Source: Candidatus Thermosaccharophagus tengchongensis
GTDB lineage: Bacteria; Armatimonadota; Fervidibacteria; Fervidibacterales; Thermosaccharophagaceae
DNA: 64,000 bases
Reading direction: 5' to 3' (one strand)
Assembly: GCA_032161105.1 (NCBI GenBank)
Contig: JAVHTD010000001.1
The notes below the pieces were generated by a model. It was not told where the DNA came from, did no database searches, and saw only the letters and a program-made list of their open reading frames with translations. Made by a program: the position numbers and the translations under genes. How positions within the stretch are numbered: the stretch's first letter is position 1; every line of letters starts with the position of its first letter. Positions 47,674 to 58,101 of the stretch are shown here, piece after piece.

Positions 47674-50211
47674 TTAAAGCGCGTCCTTAGGGACAAGCAA
47701 CTCGCACGGATGAGCTGCAAGGTATGGTGGGACATCGTAAAACTCAAAAATGCCGCGCAATGTGCTTATGGCAATGCTCCAAACCTGTCCGTCAGAGCCG
47801 TTTGGGACGAGCACCGAGAGTTCATCGGTCGGCATAAGTTCCCTATCGGCGATGACTTTGTTATCCCCGTCCCTTAGGATGATGCGTGTCTTCGGCCACC
47901 CACCGCCAACGACACCTATGACAAACGACTTTGTTCCCTTCGGCACATAGAAATAAAGTGGCGTGTTAATGCTCGGTGTCCAAAGTTGCATTTGCTTTTT
48001 CCTGTCAGCCCTCACAGAGACACATCGCCCGCCGAAGTTTAGCTCGGCAACATGCCAGTATCCGGTCGGTGGCTCAATGCAATACAAGCCGCTCTTCGGC
48101 AACTTGAGTTTGATGGAGGCAGGTTCATTCGGCTTCTCGCATTTGATGTCGCCCTCACTGATAACCTTTCCGCTCAGCGCCTCAATCAGCTTCCAATGCC
48201 CTAAGATGGTATGTCCCGGCTGAGGCTTTAAACTGACCTCAATCTCCTCGCCGGCTTTCCCGAGGAAGTAATGCGCACCCATTTCAACGAACAGCGGAGA
48301 GCGCTTAACATTTGCGTAAGCTTCCTTTAGCTGCGGCATGCGTTCAACTAAGGGCACAAGTTCATCCGAGTAGCTCTTCCAGCTCAGCTCAACAACCACC
48401 TCGTCCTTAAATTCTTCAAGGTCCAAGCGAACTGACTCTTTCGCCTCATCCAAGGTTGGGATATCGGTCCGCTCATTCCTCCATGTATCAAGCATCTCCT
48501 TTGTCACGCCCTCAATTCGCAACAATGATGACAGGCGCGCATTAAACCACTCGGTGAACAGCATCGGGTAAGTGTGCACGATGCCGAGTTCGTAAATCCG
48601 CCTTGAGAACACAACCCAATCGTGGGCGGCATCAATCACAGCCTTTGGGTCAACGATGAGCTTTCCAAACTCAGTCCTTTGAGATAGGCGATGATAGCGG
48701 TGCCATAGCTTGAGCCAGTGCAAGTATAGTCCGAAGAATGCAATCCGCTCTTGGCATTGCGGCTCATCTTCAAGCGAGAATGCCTCATTGACATCGCGCA
48801 GCGCGAGCGCGAGAGTCCTCTGAGAAAAGCGCTCCCCAACAGCCCATCGTTCAATGAGCCTTCTCATTGGCTTTTCAGCCCTGCCAAATGAGCGCCTGCA
48901 GAAATCGGCGATGAGTTCTTTGGGATCAAGCTCTGGGTTCCACATGAGCTTTGACGCGATGTAGTAACCGACCCCGCATGGCGCCCAGTTGCACTCCGAC
49001 TCGGCATCAAGCGTTGTCAAGCCGAGTTCGTAATACCGCTTGATTGACTGGGCAAGCTCGTAGATTCGGCTTGCCTTTGCCGCCCCGGGCATGTCCCAAC
49101 TCCACGGGTATACGGAGAAGTAATCGTAAACGCCCACTTTAGCTCCGAGCCTCCTAAAGGCTTCAACTTGCTCTTCAAAGCTCAGCTTCGTGTATCGGAA
49201 GCCGGTCGTCACCTGAACATAAACATTTGGCTCAAGCTTAAACTTGGGTGGGTCGCTGTGATAGGCATACGCGTATAGCCCGACAAACTTGTTTGGGAAC
49301 TCCTTCCTCAGCGCCCTCGCAATCGCATTTGCGTAGTGGAAGGTCATCTCGCTCGGATTACCAATTGACCTGCAGTTTTGGCACTCACAATATCCGCCGC
49401 CATCATTTGGCTCGACCGAGACCATGTTGAGCTCGGGGCGCTTTCGGAACGCATTTAATGCATAGTCAATGCCGAGTTGGACGACCTCGGGATTGGTGAT
49501 GCAAATTTGCGCCGGCTTCCTCACGCCGCCAACGAGAGCGAAATACTCCGGATGGTCATTGAACAACCTATGCGGGACGAAGCGCTCATATGCATGTCCG
49601 CAATCAACTTGGAAGTTTCCGTATTGCCTGTTTCGCTCCATCCAAGCCTCGTAGTTTTCCCGCAGCCTCTTTGTAGTTGCACCCCACTCATACCAAATCC
49701 GCCTATAGGCAAACGCCGGCTTCTGGCGTTCGCTCATCTTCAAGGTCACGCTTTTGAGCTTTGGGACAATGGTCCATATCGGATCTGGAAAGAACCAGCG
49801 AAAGCCGATATGCTCAAGCAAGGCATAGACCCCGTGCCTAATGCCGAGTGGTGTGTTGGCGAGCACATATGTCCTTTTCCCGAGGGTGACAACAGCGAAG
49901 CCCTCATCTCCGAGTTCGGCAGTCTTATGCGCTTTGGCAAGGTTCGGGGCATCCGAAGATAGGGAAAGCCAAACCGCATCACCATCATGGGGTGGCTCTT
50001 TAATTGGCACCTCGCATCCCGTGGCTTCCTTCAGCCACATTTGAAGTTTGCTTGCTGCATCCTTAATCACTTCATGTGCCGAACTGGAGATGACGATTGC
50101 CCCGTTGGCTTTGCCATCCGTTATGAGCACAGTCTCGCAACGCCCATATGTGACCAACACATCCAAAAGGCACTTTGCCAACACGAATGCCCTCACAATG
50201 CCACATCGCAT
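47674..50211 (-). CDS. Secreted DUF4838-like protein (glycoside hydrolase-like fold)
   Basis: Signal-like N-terminus; LGDEGF, GVYALLEHIGFRWFFP, HPEYFAL, ICITNP, PNDG..CEC..C, YAYAYH. Confidence 0.7.
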   Translation of the reverse strand: MRCGIVRAFVLAKCLLDVLVTYGRCETVLITDGKANGAIVISSSAHEVIKDAASKLQMWLKEATGCEVPIKEPPHDGDAVWLSLSSDAPNLAKAHKTAELGDEGFAVVTLGKRTYVLANTPLGIRHGVYALLEHIGFRWFFPDPIWTIVPKLKSVTLKMSERQKPAFAYRRIWYEWGATTKRLRENYEAWMERNRQYGNFQVDCGHAYERFVPHRLFNDHPEYFALVGGVRKPAQICITNPEVVQLGIDYALNAFRKRPELNMVSVEPNDGGGYCECQNCRSIGNPSEMTFHYANAIARALRKEFPNKFVGLYAYAYHSDPPKFKLEPNVYVQVTTGFRYTKLSFEEQVEAFRRLGAKVGVYDYFSVYPWSWDMPGAAKASRIYELAQSIKRYYELGLTTLDAESECNWAPCGVGYYIASKLMWNPELDPKELIADFCRRSFGRAEKPMRRLIERWAVGERFSQRTLALALRDVNEAFSLEDEPQCQERIAFFGLYLHWLKLWHRYHRLSQRTEFGKLIVDPKAVIDAAHDWVVFSRRIYELGIVHTYPMLFTEWFNARLSSLLRIEGVTKEMLDTWRNERTDIPTLDEAKESVRLDLEEFKDEVVVELSWKSYSDELVPLVERMPQLKEAYANVKRSPLFVEMGAHYFLGKAGEEIEVSLKPQPGHTILGHWKLIEALSGKVISEGDIKCEKPNEPASIKLKLPKSGLYCIEPPTGYWHVAELNFGGRCVSVRADRKKQMQLWTPSINTPLYFYVPKGTKSFVIGVVGGGWPKTRIILRDGDNKVIADRELMPTDELSVLVPNGSDGQVWSIAISTLRGIFEFYDVPPYLAAHPCELLVPKDAL

Positions 50212-50344
50212 GCCGTTCACCTCCAATTCAGAGGGTTGTGTCAAAATTTAACACCGCAGCGCTGCTGTGGGAAGTGATGTTCGCACAGTATGCTGCAGGC
50301 AATGTCCCCAACCATTGGTGTGGTGCTGTGGTGGTAATGCAGCC

Positions 50345-51040
50345 ATGCCTAACGGCATAAGGCGGATGTTCTCCGAAGTCGCACCCAGATACGAGCTCGT
50401 TAACAAGGTGATCACGGTTTGCCTTGACAGCTACTGGCGCCGCCTCGCCGCAAGATTGGCATGCGTTGGCAGTGTAAGCAGGTTGCTTGACCTCTGCAGC
50501 GGGACTGGCAATATGGCGCTTGCTTTAGCCGAAGCAGCCAAGTGCAATCCCACAATTGTCGCCGTTGACTTTTGTCCGCAGATGGCAATTATGGCGGCGT
50601 ATAAGCTGCGCAGTGTTGGCGTGGTTGCCGTTGTCGCCGATGCGAAGGCATTGCCGTTTGCTGATGGGTCATTTGATTCGGTCACCATCTCCTTTGGCGT
50701 TCGCAACATCTTCACAACCAGAGCGGCTTTCATCCAATGCCTCAATGAGGTTAAGCGGACCTTAAAAACTGGCGGCAGGATTGTCCTGCTTGAGACGAGT
50801 CAACCGAAGCTGCGCATCGTAAGGAGGCTGTTCCATTGGTATGTCAGGTTTGTGGTTAGGCGTGTTGGCGGATGGCTTTCTGGCTCAGCGAGAGCTTATC
50901 AATACTTGAGTGAGACAATTCAGCGCTTCACTGATGCTGATGAGTTAAGGGGCATCTTGAGCGATGTCGGCTTTAAGCATCCCATCGTGATCCCGCTCCT
51001 CTTCGGCATCATTGCAATACATGTCGCAGTTAAGGGATAG
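50345..51040 (+). CDS. menG: Demethylmenaquinone methyltransferase (UbiE/MenG family)
   Basis: MFSEVAPRYELVN, LDLCSGTG, LPFADGSFD.VTISFGVRN, AYQYLSETI. Confidence 0.85.
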   Translation: MPNGIRRMFSEVAPRYELVNKVITVCLDSYWRRLAARLACVGSVSRLLDLCSGTGNMALALAEAAKCNPTIVAVDFCPQMAIMAAYKLRSVGVVAVVADAKALPFADGSFDSVTISFGVRNIFTTRAAFIQCLNEVKRTLKTGGRIVLLETSQPKLRIVRRLFHWYVRFVVRRVGGWLSGSARAYQYLSETIQRFTDADELRGILSDVGFKHPIVIPLLFGIIAIHVAVKG

Positions 51041-51082
51041 CGCACCCATGCAGCATTGCTCATTGTGCTGGGATTTAGCGCT

Positions 51083-51931
51083 TCAATCTTGCTCTGGTGG
51101 CGTTAGCGATTCAACCATCTTTGTGCCCTTGGGTGGCGTGAAGGTGAATTCGCCCTCACCAAACTTTGGATTTGGGACAATGGATACGCACTTGCTGGTG
51201 ATGGTTATCTCAATTGGCGGCAATGGCGATGGCATCGGCAGACGCCTTTTCACCGAGGTCTGCCAAACGAAGCCGTCACGGACGCCGACATGCATGAGCT
51301 GTTCAAGCCCGTCAGTGTATACTATGCGCAGCACATGGCATTTGTGCGGACCGATGTTCTCGGTTTTGAGCAACCCGGTTTCTCTGATTGTGCCCTTCGG
51401 TTCAAACCCGCAAAACAGTGCAGCTGCCATATTCTCCCTGTGGTCTCCTTTTGCGCCAACCGGCTTAAACGCACCCCAAGTTGCAGCCATGTCTTTTGGG
51501 GCGGGTTCAACTTGACATTGCTTCCATTGTTCAACAAATGTCCACATGCGCTTTCCGTCGCTCACTATAAGCATTGATGGTGCGCTTATCCCTTTGATGG
51601 CTATCGTCCCTCTGAGTTTGTTCGGGCGCTCCAAGTCGGCGGTGATTTCTATTGGGACTTTGATGAGCGGCTCAACGCTCACTTGCGCTTTCATGTGCAT
51701 GGCGTTCATTGCCGAGTGCGCATTTAGTGCCATGTTAAGAACTCCTTCTGGGGTTGGGCGGGTCAGCATCAGAAACAGGATCACGGCTATGCCGATTAGG
51801 GACGCTACAGCGGCGAAGAGGACGAAGATGCGAACGCCCTTCCTCCATCCGGCTGTGTGTGAACCTTTGCTACCGCCTTCGCCACCTGCGCTGTGCTCAG
51901 CTGATTCAGCGATGTCATTTGACCTTGACAC
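51083..51931 (-). CDS. Membrane-anchored LolA-like / DUF2092-like protein
   Basis: Single N-terminal TM; ERPNKLR, VSDGKRMW, FTFTPPKG. Confidence 0.6.
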   Translation of the reverse strand: MSRSNDIAESAEHSAGGEGGSKGSHTAGWRKGVRIFVLFAAVASLIGIAVILFLMLTRPTPEGVLNMALNAHSAMNAMHMKAQVSVEPLIKVPIEITADLERPNKLRGTIAIKGISAPSMLIVSDGKRMWTFVEQWKQCQVEPAPKDMAATWGAFKPVGAKGDHRENMAAALFCGFEPKGTIRETGLLKTENIGPHKCHVLRIVYTDGLEQLMHVGVRDGFVWQTSVKRRLPMPSPLPPIEITITSKCVSIVPNPKFGEGEFTFTPPKGTKMVESLTPPEQD

Positions 51932-52129
51932 AATTTATCACCCCCATAAAGGTTTGCTTCTGCCCATAGGCGTGGTGCGTGCTGACCAAACCCGAGCGAC
52001 TGTGTGACGCTACAATTTTATCATGGTGGAAAGCCGTTGCCAAGCAGGCCGGCTTAAGGGAGCAATTTGTGTTGATGCGCCACAACGCGTTAAAATGCAA
52101 GTGACAATGAGGGTGGCTGGTGGACTGTT

Positions 52130-52594
52130 ATGCTGAAGGAAAAGTTAATGGAGGATTACAAGGAAGCGCTGAGGCAGCGCGATACTGTGAAAGTGAGCAC
52201 GCTGCGCATGCTGAGGGCGGCAATACACAATGCCGAGATTGATAAGGGTGATGAGCTTCGCGACGAAGAAGTCGTCAAGGTGATTCAATCCGAGGTGCGC
52301 AAGGAGCGTGAAGCGCTTGAAGCTTTTGAGAGGGGTGGCAGGGAGGACTTGGCAGCTGACGCGAGGAGGCGAATTGAAATTCTTGAGAGCTACCTTCCAA
52401 GGATGTTAAGCGAGGACGAAATTAGGGAGGCTGCATTGAAAGTCATTGAGGAGGTTGGCGCGCTTTCACCGAAGGACATGGGAAAAGTGATGAGCAAGCT
52501 AATGCCGCAGCTCAAAGGGCGAGCCGATGGAAGTTTGGTCAGCAGGGTGGTTCGTGAGCTGCTTGAGGCAAAACTTTCAAGCGATGTCAAATGA
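52130..52594 (+). CDS. yqeY: GatB/YqeY domain protein
   Basis: LRMLRAAI, YLP..LS, DMGKVM, GRADG. Confidence 0.92.
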   Translation: MLKEKLMEDYKEALRQRDTVKVSTLRMLRAAIHNAEIDKGDELRDEEVVKVIQSEVRKEREALEAFERGGREDLAADARRRIEILESYLPRMLSEDEIREAALKVIEEVGALSPKDMGKVMSKLMPQLKGRADGSLVSRVVRELLEAKLSSDVK

Positions 52595-52624
52595 ATGGGT
52601 GGTTGAGCGCCACCTGATGTATGG

Positions 52625-53746
52625 ATGGATAACCCAGAAACGAGCACCAAGGTAAACAGGCAAGCCGGGCAATGGGTTGCCGTAGGAAGTGAGGCTGTAT
52701 TGGCGCTTGTGCTTGGTGTGAAGGATGAGCATAGGCGCCTGCTTGAAAGTGCTTTTGATGTGAGCATAATAGCGAGGGACAATGTGATTCACATTCACGG
52801 AAAGCAGCCGGATGTTGAGGTAGTGGCGGAATTGCTCAGGCACATGGTGGCTGTAGTTGAATCCGGAGGCAGCATATCTCAGTCCGACATACGCTACCTC
52901 ATCCGCTCGGTGCTCTCCGGGGAAAGAGTTGAAGAGGCTGCGCATGGTCTTACCGACTGCATTGTCATCACCGAGAGGGGTCAAAGGGTAGTCCCAAAGA
53001 CGAAGGGGCAAAGGGAGTATGTTGAAGCTGTCCAGAAGAATGACCTTGTATTTGCGATAGGACCGGCTGGGACTGGGAAGACATACCTTGCGATGGCTAT
53101 GGCAGTTGCAGCATTGCAGCGCCGTCAAGTTAGCAGGCTCGTTTTGGCGAGACCGGCAGTTGAAGCCGGTGAGAGGCTTGGTTACCTCCCGGGCAACATT
53201 GAGGAGAAGGTTGACCCATATCTCCGCCCACTCTACGATGCCCTTTACGACATCCTTGGGATGCAAAAGTGCCAACGCTACCTTGAGAGGCGCATAATTG
53301 AGGTGATACCCCTCGCATACATGCGTGGGCGGACATTCAATGACTCGTTCATAGTGCTTGACGAGGCGCAGAATACAACCGTCCTTCAGATGAAGATGTT
53401 TCTCACGAGGATGGGCTATGGCTCAAAAGCAGTGGTCACTGGTGACATAACGCAGGTTGACTTGCCGCAGGGTGTGCGTTCCGGTTTGGTGACAATACAA
53501 GAGATACTCAGGGGCATTCCCGGTGTGGCTTTCGTTTACCTCACCGAGAGGGATGTAATCCGCCATCCGCTCGTGCAGCGCGTTGTCCTCGCATTTGAAG
53601 CGTGGGAACAGGCGGAGAGGTTGCAAAGGAGGGGCAGCGATAGGGAAACTATAAGCAAGCGCAGCGAAGAGCAGGCGCGCCGACAAGGCAGTGGGGATGA
53701 GGAGGTCCTGCAAGGGCGCAGTGAGGTGAAAGATGGCGGTGGGTAA
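52625..53746 (+). CDS. phoH: PhoH-family ATPase
   Basis: GPAGTGKTYLA, RPAVEAGE.LGYLPG, PLAYMRGRT, DEAQN, GDITQVDLP. Confidence 0.95.
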   Translation: MDNPETSTKVNRQAGQWVAVGSEAVLALVLGVKDEHRRLLESAFDVSIIARDNVIHIHGKQPDVEVVAELLRHMVAVVESGGSISQSDIRYLIRSVLSGERVEEAAHGLTDCIVITERGQRVVPKTKGQREYVEAVQKNDLVFAIGPAGTGKTYLAMAMAVAALQRRQVSRLVLARPAVEAGERLGYLPGNIEEKVDPYLRPLYDALYDILGMQKCQRYLERRIIEVIPLAYMRGRTFNDSFIVLDEAQNTTVLQMKMFLTRMGYGSKAVVTGDITQVDLPQGVRSGLVTIQEILRGIPGVAFVYLTERDVIRHPLVQRVVLAFEAWEQAERLQRRGSDRETISKRSEEQARRQGSGDEEVLQGRSEVKDGGG

Positions 53747-56060
53747 ATCCCCGTTAGTGAGACGGCTACAGCGCTGCAACCAAAGTGGATGGTTGAGGTT
53801 GGGGCGCAGGGTTGTTTCGCCACTCAATGTCTTTTCAAGGAGGGTAGCGCGCCAAAGGCAGAAGCGGTTCAAGTTTGCTGTGGACAGTCAGCGGCTACTG
53901 TTGGGCATCATCGTGAGCGCCTCATTGTTCATCATGTTCATCCCAAGGGACACCTTTTTGATGAGCATGTATGTCGTTGGGGATGTGTTTGACAGGGACA
54001 TTTACGCTTGGCGCACCGTTGAATACACATCGTTAGTTGAGACACAGAAACAGAGGGAGAGGGTAGTTGAGGCGGTTGAGCCGATTTACCACATGGCTCA
54101 CGATGTCAATGAAAGGGTGCTGAGAGCGGTTGAGGTCACTTACAAGCAGCTGCGCTCAATTGCATCGTTGGATGCCACAATCGGTGAGAAGGTGCGCATT
54201 GCGAGGGATAGAGTTGTGGTGGCGCTCAACGATGATGTCCTTCTAACCCTCTTGAGCTCCACACCAGAGGTTCTCAAGCTGATGGAAAGTCACACGGTCT
54301 CGCTCATCCAAAGGGAGCTTGACAAGGGGATCAAGCCAACCAAGAGGGATGTTGAGAGGGCAAAGGATTCTGTTGCAAAGGCTGCGGCATCACTTAACTT
54401 GAGTGCGCCATATAGGGATGCGATAGCTGCTGTAGCAGCAGCCGTGATTGAGCCCAACTTGGTATTTGATGCAAAAGCTACACAGCAGCTGCGCGAGAAA
54501 ATTATGCAAACCATTGAACCAGTTAGGAAGCAGGTGAGGGTTGGCGAGCTAATAGCGCACGCAGGTGATGTGGTGACCGAAGAGCACTTGGAGAAGCTGA
54601 GGGCGCTCGGAATCAACTACGCCAACATCGCGGCAGCCGCGCTAATTTCCATCATGCTCACATGCCTCATCGGGTTAAGCCTGCAGCGGTCCCTCAAAGG
54701 GTTTTTGCGCTTGCGAGATGGAGAAACTCAGGAGGTAACGAAGTGCCTGAAATTGCTTGCCACCATTTGGCTGCCTTTGCTCATGGCTCAGTATTTCCTC
54801 TCGCTGGCCGGCATACATGATGGCGCACCGGCACTCATCAGCACTGCAGCAATGGTCACATGTATGTTGTTTGAGATGCCGTTGCTATCGGCTCTCCTAT
54901 CCGGCTTTGCAAGCATCATCATCGGCACAATTGCGCTGTGCGATTTAAACATGCTCATCATGCGCTCACCATTAAGGGAGCTTATGCACTATGGCAATCC
55001 GCTCGGGGCGATGCTATACGCTTTTGAGCTATCCGCTGTCTCCTTCGCTTGCGCCATCGTTGGCATTTACTTAACGGCATCGGTGCATCAGCGGGCACAG
55101 CTCATATATGCCGGCGTGTTGATCGGGTTGACCACATTCCTCAGCAGGCTCCTCTTTTGCACGCTGCTTGGACCAATGAGCTTCTACCTGCCGCTTAAGA
55201 CCGTCCTGCCGCTCATCCGCAGAGAGCTGCTGCTCTCAATTGTGACCGGTATGGCAGCTCCCGCACTCTCACTTGCCATCATCGCCATCATTGAGAGGGC
55301 TTTCAATCTGGTCACCGCATTCACGCTGCTTGAGCTCGCAAACAGCAGCGCCGGTCTTCTGAGGGAGCTCGCCGAGAGGGCACCGGGGACATATCAAAGC
55401 TCGTTAATGGTGGCATCGCTTGCGAGGGCTGCTGCTGAAGCCATCGGGGCAAACCCGATGCTCGCCTATGTTGGCGGTCTATACCACGACATAGGGAAGT
55501 TGAAGCGCCCGCATTACTTCTCCGAGAACCAGCGTGATGGTAACCCGCATGACGAGCTTTCGCCATCGCTTAGTGCCAGCATCCTCAGGGAGCATGTTGA
55601 AGAGGGCGTAAACATGGCGAAGGAATATCGCCTCCCTGAACCCATCATTGACTTCATAAGGGAGCATCACGGCACTTCACTGATGCAATTCTTCTACAGC
55701 AAGGCGCTTCAAAGCAACGGGCGAAAGGATGAGATTCAGGAAGATAGCTATCGCTATCTCGGTCCGAAGCCGAGGTCAAAGGAAACGGCGCTTGTGATGC
55801 TCGCCGACGCGGTTGAGGCTGCAGTCAGCTCCATACCGGATGAGAACTTTAGGACACCCGATGGATGGGAAAAGGTGGAGAAGCTGATTGACAAAGTCAT
55901 TGACAGCAAGATTGAGGATGGGCAGCTGGATGAATCGCCGTTGAGTTATGCCGAGGTCGCGAAGATAAGGGAAGTCTTCAAGGAGCGCATCCGTGTGAGC
56001 AGGCTGCAGCGCATACAGTATCCCGAAGTGCCGCAGCAAGTTCGCAGTGCTGTAAAGTAA
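53733..56060 (+). CDS. 7TM-HD phosphohydrolase (PgpH-like, probable cyclic-di-AMP phosphodiesterase)
   Basis: Extracellular domain, TM bundle, then APGTY, YHDIGK, ENQ, EHHGT, Y.GPKP, LADAVEAA; conserved phoH-HD-ybeY synteny. Confidence 0.85.
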   Translation: MAVGKSPLVRRLQRCNQSGWLRLGRRVVSPLNVFSRRVARQRQKRFKFAVDSQRLLLGIIVSASLFIMFIPRDTFLMSMYVVGDVFDRDIYAWRTVEYTSLVETQKQRERVVEAVEPIYHMAHDVNERVLRAVEVTYKQLRSIASLDATIGEKVRIARDRVVVALNDDVLLTLLSSTPEVLKLMESHTVSLIQRELDKGIKPTKRDVERAKDSVAKAAASLNLSAPYRDAIAAVAAAVIEPNLVFDAKATQQLREKIMQTIEPVRKQVRVGELIAHAGDVVTEEHLEKLRALGINYANIAAAALISIMLTCLIGLSLQRSLKGFLRLRDGETQEVTKCLKLLATIWLPLLMAQYFLSLAGIHDGAPALISTAAMVTCMLFEMPLLSALLSGFASIIIGTIALCDLNMLIMRSPLRELMHYGNPLGAMLYAFELSAVSFACAIVGIYLTASVHQRAQLIYAGVLIGLTTFLSRLLFCTLLGPMSFYLPLKTVLPLIRRELLLSIVTGMAAPALSLAIIAIIERAFNLVTAFTLLELANSSAGLLRELAERAPGTYQSSLMVASLARAAAEAIGANPMLAYVGGLYHDIGKLKRPHYFSENQRDGNPHDELSPSLSASILREHVEEGVNMAKEYRLPEPIIDFIREHHGTSLMQFFYSKALQSNGRKDEIQEDSYRYLGPKPRSKETALVMLADAVEAAVSSIPDENFRTPDGWEKVEKLIDKVIDSKIEDGQLDESPLSYAEVAKIREVFKERIRVSRLQRIQYPEVPQQVRSAVK

Positions 56061-56088
56061 GCCGGCAACTCAACACTGTGCATGCGCT

Positions 56089-56682
56089 ATGCCGAGGGTC
56101 AGAGCAATCGTATCGGTCCAAGATGGGGTTGAACTACCCGAGTGTGAGCAATCAAGCGGCATAGATGGCATGGATAGGCAACGCCTTGAGGGAAAGGACA
56201 TCAAACGGCGCCTCAAGGTGATTGAGAATGCCATAGCCAGTTTGGTGAGGCACATTCTCGCATGTGAATTGCCGAGTTGCCGATGCCGTGTTGAAGTGAG
56301 CCTCTTAATTTGCAATGACAAGCGCATCACCGAGCTGAACGCAGCATACTTTGGGCGCAATCGCCCGACAGATGTGCTCTCCTTCCCTCAACTCTCAAGG
56401 GATGAACTTGAGCAATTGAAGCACCCTCACAAGTGCGATTCTGAGGCTGTCAAGCTGCTTGGTGACATCGTTATCTCAATTGGCGCCGTGCGAAGGCAGG
56501 CGAGGCGCTACAAGCATTCGCAAGTTGATGAATTGATGCGCTTGGTCGCTCATGGCTTTTTGCACCTTCTCGGATATGAGGACGCCGAAGATGCGGAGCG
56601 CAAAGCTATGGCTAAAAGGGAGCGGGCATTGATTCGCAGTTGGAAATTGAGGGTGTGGAAAAGTCAATCTGACTCACCGTAA
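56089..56682 (+). CDS. ybeY: rRNA maturation endoribonuclease YbeY
   Basis: PTDVLSFP, LGDIVIS, HGFLHLLGY. Confidence 0.92.
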   Translation: MPRVRAIVSVQDGVELPECEQSSGIDGMDRQRLEGKDIKRRLKVIENAIASLVRHILACELPSCRCRVEVSLLICNDKRITELNAAYFGRNRPTDVLSFPQLSRDELEQLKHPHKCDSEAVKLLGDIVISIGAVRRQARRYKHSQVDELMRLVAHGFLHLLGYEDAEDAERKAMAKRERALIRSWKLRVWKSQSDSP

Positions 56683-56746
56683 GCCGTGCCGCATAGCTGG
56701 TGCACAGCGGGTTGATTAACCCTCCGCTTAATCCTTCGCCATGGAG

Positions 56747-57484
56747 TTAATCCTCCTTTAGAGCCTTCCAAAGCCTGTGAAGCATGACGATGACTTCAGC
56801 CCTTGAAGCCGGTCTATACCCTTCCACCTTGCCCGAAGGTGTCCCTGTGACTATTCCCATCTCCAAAGCCCACTTGACAGCTTCTTCAGCCCACGCCGGC
56901 ACATCTGGGTGAGCTATAGCATCGTCAGCATCCCCTTCGCTTGGTATCGTGGTCGGCGCTTCCAGTTCACTCACCCATGAGCGCACAATGGCTTTGTCAA
57001 GCTTCGTTCCGGGGCAGCTTTTGTATGGCGCATAGTCGCGGTGGAAGTTGATGTCCTGAGGCGTAAGCTTAAACCGCTCCAGCAGTGTGTTCAGTGTGGC
57101 AATGAGCGATGCGCGTTGGCGAACTGTCAACTCCTCTTCATCAAAGTTACCTATCAGGCAAACCCCGATGCTGTGCGCATTTCGCCCACGCGTGTGAGCG
57201 CCTGCATTCTCGATCGGTCTTCCCACCCATATTGCGCCGTCGGGCGCTATCAGGAAGTGATATCCGATGTCGCTCCATCCTTGATTTCTGACATGGAAGT
57301 TGTAGATGGCTTTTATCGTCTGCTCGCCCTTGTATTCCCGCGCTGTCGGGCGCCATGTGTGATGCAATATGACTTCATCAATCCTCCTCATGCACGGTTG
57401 TCCCCTAATCCAACTTTGCAACTCCTTAGCCGTGAGCTTGGTGCCGACCATTTTCCCTTCCCCTCCGGTAGTGATGGATTCCAT
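56747..57484 (-). CDS. N-acetylmuramoyl-L-alanine amidase (Amidase_2) with C-terminal SLH-like domain
   Basis: ILHHT, GWSDIGYHF, GAH, SIGVCLIGNF, H...KSCPG; C-terminal WA.EAV.WA...GIV.G...RAE; start may be 57451. Confidence 0.85.
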   Translation of the reverse strand: MESITTGGEGKMVGTKLTAKELQSWIRGQPCMRRIDEVILHHTWRPTAREYKGEQTIKAIYNFHVRNQGWSDIGYHFLIAPDGAIWVGRPIENAGAHTRGRNAHSIGVCLIGNFDEEELTVRQRASLIATLNTLLERFKLTPQDINFHRDYAPYKSCPGTKLDKAIVRSWVSELEAPTTIPSEGDADDAIAHPDVPAWAEEAVKWALEMGIVTGTPSGKVEGYRPASRAEVIVMLHRLWKALKED

Positions 57485-57637
57485 CTGACATTGCGCAGTT
57501 AAGCTAATGACGGCAAAATTGCATTGCCAATTCCAACTGTAACATCTTCAACTCAGGAGCGTGGTTGGCAGTGCCTTGTGGCGCTTTGGGCGGAGCACAT
57601 TTTAAGTCGGACATACAACACAGGAGGTGAGCGTGAC

Positions 57638-57919
57638 ATGGAGCAAGCTGAACCACAAGAGGTGTTCATAGGGAGGGTCGTTCACTTTTTCCCGCGCCCG
57701 AGTGCAGCCGCAATTGAGCTCACAAATGGCGATTTGAAAATCGGTGATAGGATACACATACGCGGTCACACAACTGATTTCACTCAGGTTGTCACATCAA
57801 TGCAGATTGAAAACCAGCCAATTGAAGCAGCCTCAATCGGGCAGACTATAGGCGTGAAGGTGGTTGAGCGCGTGAGGGAAGGGGATTTAGTTTACAAGGT
57901 TGTTGAGGGTGAGCAGTAA
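57638..57919 (+). CDS. Small translation-factor domain II-like beta-barrel protein (U32 C-terminal-like)
   Basis: IGRVVHFF, LKIGDRIHIRGHTTDF.Q.V.SMQIE, GVKV..RVREGDLVYKV; AGGAGGTGA RBS. Confidence 0.75.
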   Translation: MEQAEPQEVFIGRVVHFFPRPSAAAIELTNGDLKIGDRIHIRGHTTDFTQVVTSMQIENQPIEAASIGQTIGVKVVERVREGDLVYKVVEGEQ

Positions 57920-58019
57920 TGTCAGCGCCAATTTGAATGGCATGCTTTAAGCGTTTGCGGCTATCATAACAATGAGCCTTTGATGAGCGTGTTATACTGC
58001 AATTGCGAGGGGGACATTT

Positions 58020-58093
58020 CGGGGCGTAGCGCAGTTTGGTAGCGCGTGGGCATCGGGAGCCCAAGGTCGCCGGTTCGAGTCCGGCCGCCCCGA
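58020..58093 (+). tRNA. tRNA-Pro (anticodon CGG); CCA not encoded
   Basis: Acceptor CGGGGCG/CGCCCCG, D arm GCGC/GCGC, anticodon arm TGGGC-ATCGGGA-GCCCA, T arm GCCGG-TTCGAGT-CCGGC, discriminator A. Confidence 0.96.
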
Positions 58094-58101
58094 TATGGCA
58101 A

